Assembly: GCA_964016885.1 (NCBI GenBank)
Contig: OZ024748.1
Location: forward strand, 10,106,001-10,170,000
Length of the DNA stretch: 64,000 nucleotides
Reading direction: 5' to 3'
Origin: Eledone cirrhosa
Lineage: Eukaryota
The position numbers and the translations under genes are program-made. The notes under the pieces were generated by a model. That model ran no database searches, was not told the DNA's origin, and saw only the letters and a program-made list of their open reading frames with translations. Every line of letters starts with the position of its first letter. Within the stretch, counting starts at the first letter, position 1. Below are positions 55,662 through 64,000 of this stretch, piece by piece.

Positions 55662-57263
55662 TTAACCTTCAACGCGCTGTGGGCGACACAGGGCGCCATA
55701 TGAGTAATCTCCCCTTGATAGATAATGCAGTATCAAGGGAAGCAACTCATAAAAATTACTAGCATGCTAAAGGTTACGATTGATACAACTGGCTCCAGTG
55801 CACAAGGGGCAGTAAACAAATGGACACAAACCAAGACGGTTGGTCTTTTGACTACTTACAAATAAGATTATATATGCTACAGACCAATGTGCTGCAACTG
55901 ATAAGAAGAGATAGAGACAAAGCCCCACATATTGATTAGCCAAGAAGAAGTGAAAAGAGAAGGTGGAAGATATCTTTTAAAAGTTCTTAGACAGAGGGAA
56001 AACTTTGGTCATGTTCCATAAATCAGTGTATTTTTGCTGTTCTTGTTTTTAAAGACAATAGGGGTGACTAGAAGGGAATTTGGCTGCTAGCCTGCATCTA
56101 ATAGCTCTCCTTACTGTGCTCCAAGCCCTCCCTCCTACTTAATTCATTGTTTCATATAAAGAGTGACTCACAATATTTAGTTGTTTTGTTAAAACTTTCT
56201 GTTGGCAAACATTAAATGGCTGTTGTTGTCGTTGTCGTTGTTATCGTTCATGGTGGTGGTGGTGGTGGTGGTAATATTGGGGATGATGTTCTCATTGTTG
56301 GTGTTGGTGTTATTATTCGTGGTGGTGGTGGTGGTGGTGTTGGCATTGATGTTATTTTTGTTATTGGTGGGGGTGGTAGTGTTGGTCGTTGGGGGGGGGG
56401 GGGGTAGTATTCTTGGTGGTGATAGTAGGGGTGAAAGTGGTGGGGTATTGGTGGAAGTGGTAGTGTTTGTGGTTGTGGTGGTGGAGTTTAGATTTAAAAA
56501 TGAAAACATTTCCTCTGTCACTAAGTACAATTCATTCATGTTTTCAGTACAGAAATGTAATAATTTACTGTATGAAGGGATTTTATATAATTCTAAATTA
56601 CAAAACAATTTAGAGTTAAGTCATTAAATCTCTGCTAATTTCTTATAATTCCAGTCTTTTTATATAAATCATTTTGGTAATTTCTTTTATATAAAAAAAA
56701 ATGATTTCATGCGTATGTATATATAGAAGATGATGCATCTATATATATATATTGTATATGGTGTGGTGTATGTGTCAGGTGTGTTGTTAATTAAACCTTT
56801 TCCAACAAACGTGAAACTAATAAGACTTTGTGTTATTATATCCCTGTGTTCTTATTTATATTGAACTATATATATATATATTGTGTCCCAAAACAATGTA
56901 TGCACACCTTGATTACCTGTAAGGCAATATTTATTAGAATGCACAGCCTTTCCCAAAAATAAAATGATCTACAGACATAATTCAATTGTATGTAAACACC
57001 CAAAAATGTTTACATAACTTAAATAATTGTTTCTACTTTTGGCACAAGGCCAGCAATTACCCAGTGCATTACTGGTACTTTATTTTATCGACCCCGTAAG
57101 GATGAAAGGCAAAGTCAACCGTGGCGGGATTTGAACTCAGATCTTAAAGGGACGTAACTATGCTGGAAAGCATGGCGTCCAACCCTCTACCGATACTGCC
57201 AATCCAAATGTATCTAAAACAGTATTTATTTTAGTGCATTTTAAAAAGATTTTTTGGGACACC

Positions 57264-57421
<158 letters not shown>

Positions 57422-57439
57422 TTATATATATATTATATA

Positions 57440-57495
<56 letters not shown>

Positions 57496-57505
57496 TTATA
57501 TATAT

Positions 57506-57553
<48 letters not shown>

Positions 57554-57705
57554 CACCACCCCACTCTCAAGAGCGTGAAACTAATAAACCTTTGTTCGTA
57601 CTGCCTCTCTGTTTTGTTCCCGTTCAATTTTTTACTATATATATATATATATATATATCCACACATACACATGTATGTGTATGTGTAGATATATATATAT
57701 ATAAA

Positions 57706-57750
<45 letters not shown>

Positions 57751-57851
57751 GCTGTGCTGAGTAGGACCCATCCCACCCTTGCAAGCAGAGAAAAGCGGAC
57801 GTAAAATGATGATGATGATGATGATGTGTGTGTGTATATATATAATTTATA

Positions 57852-57883
<32 letters not shown>

Positions 57884-57939
57884 ATTTGTGGAAGCTGAAT
57901 TATTATGCTTAAGTATCTAACTGTTTCATTTCATTTCAG

Positions 57940-58206
57940 GGTTGTCCGTGGAAAGACACTTTTGTCTGCCCTTTCACAGAAATCTGCTCCTTTATATCTC
58001 AAAGCTGTTCAAAAAAACTACAGTGTTATCTATGGTAACATCCATAAGCTAGCCCCTGCTGTGAAGTCCTTTGTTGAGGAGACTGCTAAGATCACCAGAC
58101 CAGACAATGTCCACATCTGTGATGGCTCAGACCAGGAAAACGAACTGCTTTTATATATTCTACAGAAAGACAATGTTATCAGTAAACTTCACAAATACGA
58201 AAACTG
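57940..58206 (+). CDS. PEPCK: PEPCK [GTP] exon 2 (VVRGKTLLSALSQK...RPDNVHICDGSDQENE...LHKYEN)
   Basis: tttcatttcAG acceptor and TG|GTATGG donor. P-x-x-VHICDGS and KYEN motifs of the GTP-PEPCK N-terminus. Confidence 0.93.
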
Positions 58207-58640
58207 GTATGGCATTTGTTTTTTGTTTGTTTTTTTCTTTTTCTTTTTCTTTTTCTTTTTCTTTTTCTTTTTCTTTTTCTTGTAACCCTTTTGGTACTAA
58301 TCCCCTCAAAACCACCTCTGATTCTATGGAAAAAAAGCCCCATTCATTTTAAACGGGTTTCAGTACCATATTTCTATTGAAAGTCACTATAATGAAGGTT
58401 TCTGATTTAGGCACATGACCAATGCTACTAATATTACACTAATATAACCCAGTAATTTTGCACTAATATGACACTGATCTTGCATCAATATGACCCACTG
58501 TACTGATATGTGATTATGTGACACGACCCAGCAATATTACACTAATATAAGCCAGTAATTTTGCACTAATATACAATGGTATATATATATATATATATAC
58601 ACACACAATAGTAGCATATATATAATAGTATATATATATA

Positions 58641-58920
58641 AGGCGCATGGCTTAGTTGTTAGAGCAGTAGGCTTGCAATCGAAAGGTTGTGAGTTCAATT
58701 CTCGGACTGGCTGATGTGTTGTTTCCTTGAGCAAGACATTTTATTTCACGTTGCTCCGGTTTACTCAGCTGAAAATGAGTACCAGCAATAGCTGGAGGTT
58801 TAACCCTGCGATGGACTGGCGTCCTGTCCAGGGGTGAGTCTTGTACTCTGTCGCTTCACGCCATAAAACCGGGATAAGCACTGGCCAAATGAGCCTTCTG
58901 GCTTAAGACAGACTTTAGAC
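58641..58920 (+). mobile_element. tRNA-derived SINE family 2 (others ~16567+, 23935-24052-, 28318-28650+, 44880-45100-, 47290+, 52313-52560+)
   Basis: A-box TGGCTTAGTTGTTAG, B-box GAGTTCAATTC, conserved body tccttgagcaagacactttatttcacgttgctcc. Confidence 0.8.
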
Positions 58921-59059
58921 TTACAGCCTGCCCGCCCAACCAGTGAGATGGCATCATCGTATGGCTAAAACAGCAACGTGCTGTGACCAGCGGTGCCGAA
59001 TGGCGCCCGACAGACTGGTCAGTCAAGGTGATCGGTCAAAGTGATATATATATATATAT

Positions 59060-59120
<61 letters not shown>

Positions 59121-59332
59121 TTATATATTTATACAATAATATTATTTTTTCCATATTATTATTATTAATCAGGCCGATGTTAGCTTTGCCTTTCATCCTT
59201 ACAGGGTCAATAAAATAAAGTACCAGTAATGCACTGGGGTTGATTTAATCAATTTTCCCCTCCTCCCTACAAAATTGTTGGCCTTGTGCCTAAATCAGAA
59301 ACCATTATAATTATTTGTTGTTGTTGTTATAG

Positions 59333-59517
59333 TTGGTTGGCACGGACGGATCCTGCTGATGTGGCCCGAGTAGAGAGACGTACTGTGATAGCAACAGAAG
59401 CCCAAAGAGACACTATACCTATACCTAAAACTGGAGTGAAAGGTCAGCTTGGCTACTGGATGGATCTCGAAGACATGGACACCGAACTTAACATGAGATT
59501 CCCAGGATGTATGCGAG
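59333..59517 (+). CDS. PEPCK: PEPCK exon 3 ([18 protein letters not shown]...RFPGCMRG)
   Basis: ttatAG acceptor and G|GTAACT donor. TG+T rebuilds Cys in YENCWLARTDP. DVARVE and RFPGCM motifs. Confidence 0.97.
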
Positions 59518-59679
59518 GTAACTCACCTTTTGCCTTTCTTCTTTGTTTTAACTTCACAATCAAAGCTACATGAATCAGCCCACCATTAAAATACAGGGCG
59601 GGCCATAAGCTGCGTACCAAAGAATTAAAAATAATTTAGTATAGATGTACATTGAATTGTCCACTGTGTCGGTGACACG

Positions 59680-60395
59680 GTAAACAGGCTCTCAGTCCAC
59701 ACCGTAAAGTGGTAGTGTAGGAGACACTGTAAACAGGCTCTCAGTCCACACCGTAAAGTGGTAGTGTAGGAGACACTGTAAACAGGCTCTCAGTCCACAC
59801 TGTAAAGTGGTAGTGTAGGAGACACGGTAAACAGGCTCTCAGTCCACACTGTAAAGTGGTAGTGTAGGAGACACTGTAAACAGGCTCTCAGTCCACACTG
59901 TAAAGTGGTAGTGTAGGAGACACGGTAAAAAGGCTCTCAGTCCACACCGTAAAGTGGTAGTGTAGGAGACACTGTAAACAGGCTCTCAGTCCACACTGTA
60001 AAGTGGTAGTGTAGGAGACACTGTAAAAAGGCTCTCAGTCCACACCGTAAAGTGGTAGTGTAGGAGACACGGTAAAAAGGCTCTCAGTCCACACTGTAAA
60101 GTGGTAGTGTAGGAGACACTGTAAACAGGCTCTCAGTCCACACTGTAAAGTGGTAGTGTAGGAGACACTGTAAACAGGCTCTCAGTCCACACTGTAAAGT
60201 GGTAGTGTAGGAGACACTGTAAACAGGCTCTCAGTCCACACTGTAAAGTGGTAGTGTAGGAGACACTGTAAACAGGCTCTCAGTCCACACTGTAAAGTGG
60301 TAGTGTAGGAGACACTGTAAACAGGCTCTCAGTCCACACTGTAAAGTGGTAGTGTAGGAGACACGGTAAAAAGGCTCTCAGTCCACACTGTAAAT
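59680..60395 (+). repeat. 49-bp minisatellite, 14 full copies plus a partial
   Basis: Unit gtaaacaggctctcagtccacactgtaaagtggtagtgtaggagacact, running directly into the retroposon 3' part. Confidence 0.95.
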
Positions 60396-60619
60396 GTGGT
60401 TGGTGTTAGGAAGGGCATCCAGCTGTAGAAAACCTGCCAGAGACACTTCCATGCGAGCGAGACACGGTCTCCCAAACCAATCCCACATCAAATAGAACAA
60501 AACCTTCTAACACATGCTAGCATGGAAGATGGATGTTAAACGATGATGATGATGTTGATTGAATTGTATTGATATCAAAAATTATATTGAAATAACAAAG
60601 GTATCATTTTCATCATCCT

Positions 60620-61147
60620 ATCATCTGAGTTCAAATCCTACCGAGGTTAGCTTTGCCTTTCATCTTTGTAGGGTCAATAAAATAAAGTACCAGTAATGCA
60701 CTGAGGTCGATTTAACCGACTTTTTCCTCTCCTCCAAAATTGCTAGCCTTGTGCCTGTAATAGAAACTATTATTATTATTATGGATTGGCAGTATCGGTA
60801 GCGCATCAGACAACATGCTTTGCAGCATAGAGTTATGGCCCTTTATGTTCTGAGTTCAAATCTCGCCGAGGTTAACTTTGCCTTTCATCCTTACGGGGGT
60901 TGATAAAATAAAGTACCAGTAATGTACTGGGGTCGATTTAATCGACTTTCCTCTCCTCAAAAATTGCTGGCCTTGTGCCTAAATCAGAAACCATTATTAT
61001 TTTCATTATTATTATTACTTATTTTCAAATCCCGCCGAGGTTAACTTTGCCTGTCATCCTTACGGGGTCGATAAAATAAAGTACCAGTAATACACTGGGT
61101 AATTGCTGGCCTTGTGCCTAAAGTAGAAACAATTATTATTATTATTG
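60620..61147 (+). mobile_element. Three head-to-tail SINE family 1 copies in PEPCK intron 3
   Basis: Repeated SINE body, each copy ending in (ATT)n. Confidence 0.8.
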
Positions 61148-61248
61148 TTAGTAGTAGTAGTGGTAGTAGTAAAAACAATAATAAACTGTTAATTGTTATT
61201 TTCTGTTTATTCTAAACCAATTTTCCACCACTTGTTTCCTTCTTCCAG

Positions 61249-61446
61249 GCCGTACCATGTATGTAATTCCATTTAGTATGGGAGCTGTAGGTGGACCATT
61301 ATCCAAGATTGGAATTGAACTCACAGATTCAGCCTATGTTGTGGCTAGCATGCGTATCATGACAAGAATGGGTCAAATGGCCCTTGATGCACTGGGAACT
61401 GGCAGTTTTGTTAAATGTTTACATTCCGTTGGTCAGCCACTACCAG
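61249..61446 (+). CDS. PEPCK: PEPCK exon 4 ([12 protein letters not shown]...[20 protein letters not shown]...[13 protein letters not shown])
   Basis: ttccAG acceptor, G|GTAAGA donor, phase 1/1, canonical PEPCK motifs. Confidence 0.97.
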
Positions 61447-62023
61447 GTAAGAATATAGAATGGTTTTAATTTCATCCGAAACACTTATTATTATTATTAT
61501 TAATCCTTATTATTATTAATTATTAATGAATGCAGAGGATTGGCAGTATCGGTAGAGCGTCAGACACGATACTTTGCAGCATGGAGTTGCGGCTCTTTAC
61601 GGTCTGTGTTCAAATCCCGCCGAGGTTAACTTTGTCTTTCATCCTTACGGGGTTGATAAAATAAAGTACCAGTAATGTACTGGGGTAATTGCTGGCCTTG
61701 TGCCTAAAGTAGAAACAATTGTTATTATAAGGGCAGTGGATTAGCAAAATCAGTAGAGCATTGAATACCATGCTTTGTGGCATAGAGTTTTGGCCCTTTA
61801 CATTCTGAGTTGAAATCCTGCCGAGGTTATCCATAAATTGACTACGGACTACTGTAAGCCCCTCTCTATAGCTGTAAACCCCTTAAATTGACTACAGACA
61901 ACAGTGACCCCCCCTCTCTAACTGTAACCCCTTAAATTGACTACAGACAACTATGACCTGCCCTTCCTATGTGTAACCCCATGAAATGTTTAACCCTCAG
62001 TTTTTTATTTCTTCCTCTTTTAG

Positions 62024-62211
62024 CCAGCACACCCTCCCACTGGCCGTGTAACCCCAAACTGACCTTAATTGCCCACATTCCGGACAGAAATGAAATTTGT
62101 TCATTTGGAAGTGGCTACGGAGGAAATTCCTTACTGGGCAAGAAATGTTTTGCACTTCGACTTGGTTCCATCATGGCCAGCCGTGAAGGATGGTTAGCAG
62201 AACACATGTTG
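62024..62211 (+). CDS. PEPCK: PEPCK exon 5 (WPCNP...[20 protein letters not shown]...WLAEHML)
   Basis: Pyrimidine tract + tAG acceptor and TTG|GTAAGT donor. PEPCK-specific [13 protein letters not shown] motif and metal-binding His of AEHM. Confidence 0.97.
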
Positions 62212-62289
62212 GTAAGTATCTCTTTCTCTATATTTATATATGTATATACAGGGTGTTCCAAAAAATATATATACACACTTCAACAGCAT

Positions 62290-62635
62290 TCTAATAAATA
62301 TTCGTAAAGACCTGAAAATCCACCTCTTCATTGCTGTAATGGAGTCTGTGCTGCTGTACGGGTCTGAGACTTGGACACTGACCAAGAAACTCACTCAGAT
62401 AGTGGATGGGTGCTACACGAGAATGCTGAGGATGGCTCTGAACATTAATCAGTATACACTGAGGATGAAAATCTCAGAGCTGTATGGGAGCCTCCCAAAA
62501 GTCAGCTCAAAAGTGACACAGAGGAGACTGAGATTAGCTGGACATGCTCACCGACATCCAGAGTTGACATTGCACTCAGTGCTCCTGTGGGAGCCCCTAC
62601 ATGGATCTCGGGAATTTTACCCACCCTAGATAGAT
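62290..62635 (+). mobile_element. RTE-clade LINE 3' fragment in PEPCK intron 5 (related 3' end at 44665-44815, minus)
   Basis: LKIHLFIAVMESVLLYGSETWTLTK...RRLRLAGHAHRH, ending ggatctcgggaattttaccc + (TAGA)n. Confidence 0.85.
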
Positions 62636-62804
62636 ATATATATATATGTGTGTGTGTGTCTTCGAAAAGTCAACAAGAAATAAACAGCCCAGTATGATGT
62701 TGATATATATTAGTTTAATACTTGACATAGTAGGAAAAAAAGTCTTAATGTTAGTCCTTCATCAGATATATATATATGTATATAACTTTTTTTCCTCTGT
62801 TTAG

Positions 62805-63018
62805 ATTTTGGGAATTGAAAACCCGAAAGGAGAGAAGCGATACGTTGCAGCTGCCTTTCCCAGTGCTTGTGGTAAAACTAATTTGGCTATGATGAACCCA
62901 ACATTACCTGGCTACAAGATCACGTGTGTTGGAGACGACATAGCATGGATGAAATTTGACAGTGAAGGAAAACTGAGGGCAATTAACCCAGAGGCAGGAT
63001 TTTTTGGAGTTGCTCCAG
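62805..63018 (+). CDS. PEPCK: PEPCK exon 6 (ILGIENP...[16 protein letters not shown]...CVGDDIAWM...[14 protein letters not shown])
   Basis: tttAG acceptor and G|GTTAGA donor. Kinase-1a P-loop FPSACGKTN and kinase-2 VGDDIAW. Confidence 0.98.
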
Positions 63019-63094
63019 GTTAGATTTTTAACTTATTTTTTTAAATTTCATTTGTTGTTTAATGTCACACTCCTCTCTAAGTCTGTCTAATTCT

Positions 63095-63385
63095 CATGTA
63101 CATGGTCTCTCTCTATATCACATGTACTTGGTCTCTCTCTATATCACATGTACATGGTCTCTCTATATCACATGTACTTGGTCTCTCTCTATATCACATG
63201 TACATGGTCTCTCTATATCACATGTGCTTGGTCTCTCTCTATATCACATGTACTTGGTCTCTCTCTATACCACATGTACTTGGTCTCTCTCTATATCACA
63301 TGTACTTGGTCTCTCTCTATATCACATGTACTTGGTCTCTCTCTATATCACATGTACTTGGTCTCTCTCTATATCACATGTACCT
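63095..63385. repeat. ~27-29-bp minisatellite in PEPCK intron 6
   Basis: ggtctctctctatatcacatgtactt repeated ~10 times. Confidence 0.9.
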
Positions 63386-63470
63386 CATGTCTTGATCTCT
63401 CTCTCTCTCTCTCTACATCACATTACATCCTTGCTCTCTCTCTTTCTCTATCATATATATCCTCTCTCTC

Positions 63471-63505
<35 letters not shown>

Positions 63506-63684
63506 CTCTTCTTTACATGACACATACCTCCTCTCTCTTTCTGTCTCTCTCTCTCTCTCTCTCTCTCATTTACATCACATGCACCTTCTTTCTTTCTCAC
63601 TCTCTCTCTCTCCCTCATTACATCACATTACATCCTCTCTCTCTCCCTCATTACATCACATTACACCCTCTCTCTCTCTCTCAG

Positions 63685-63889
63685 GAACCTCCTATAAAAC
63701 CAACCCCAATGCCATGAAGACTATAGAGAAGAACACCATCTTCACCAATGTCGCATCAACCAGTGATGGGGGCTTTTTCTGGGAGGGACTGGAGGAAGAA
63801 ATGCCAAAAGACGTAGAAATATCATCTTGGCTTGGCATCAAAGACTGGAGTCCTGAGAGCGGGAGGACAGCAGCTCATCCGAATTCCAG
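63685..63889 (+). CDS. PEPCK: PEPCK exon 7 ([11 protein letters not shown]...NTIFTNVA...AAHPNSR); gene continues beyond window
   Basis: (CT)n + cAG acceptor and AG|GTAGGG donor. TNPNAM, IFTNVA and HPNSR motifs. Confidence 0.96.
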
Positions 63890-64000
63890 GTAGGGAGGAA
63901 ATATTTTCATTATATCATGTTGTTGTTATTGCCCTAGATTAAACTCGAGCAAGTTGATATTCGATCAAAAGCCATTCCAGCAGGGAGATTTGGCTGCTAT

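Noticed and set aside
57905-57939. ATG at 57905 as the PEPCK start (MLKYLTVSFHFR)
   Set aside because: The sequence is a typical branch/pyrimidine tract + CAG acceptor and a better phase-matched first exon exists at 36219. It is not fully excluded as an alternative start.
59680-60395. CRISPR-like regular array (also 30400-30800, 36466-36678)
   Set aside because: Units are contiguous with no unique spacers, there are no cas genes, and the context is eukaryotic; these are minisatellites.

Overview
AT-rich, microsatellite-saturated eukaryotic DNA, most likely an octopus/coleoid cephalopod genome (inferred from the SINE, RTE and (TA)n landscape). Nearly all ORFs in the supplied track are translated simple repeats. 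The only real protein-coding gene I can see is a + strand GTP-dependent phosphoenolpyruvate carboxykinase (PEPCK). Six phase-consistent exons lie at 57.9-63.9 kb and the gene continues past the window. A 29-nt candidate first coding exon at 36219-36247 would complete a mitochondrial presequence across a ~21.7 kb intron. The rest is transposon debris: tRNA-derived SINEs, RTE and CR1/L2 LINE fragments, piggyBac and Tc1/mariner MITEs, a nested non-autonomous Helitron, and minisatellites. The most striking hidden structure is a set of at least 7 sequence-unrelated families of type I hammerhead ribozymes (about 20 intact or decayed copies, folded by eye). They sit in short Penelope-like terminal repeats, usually as palindromes inserted in (TA)n tracts, and several carry the compensatory U3-A8 core variant.
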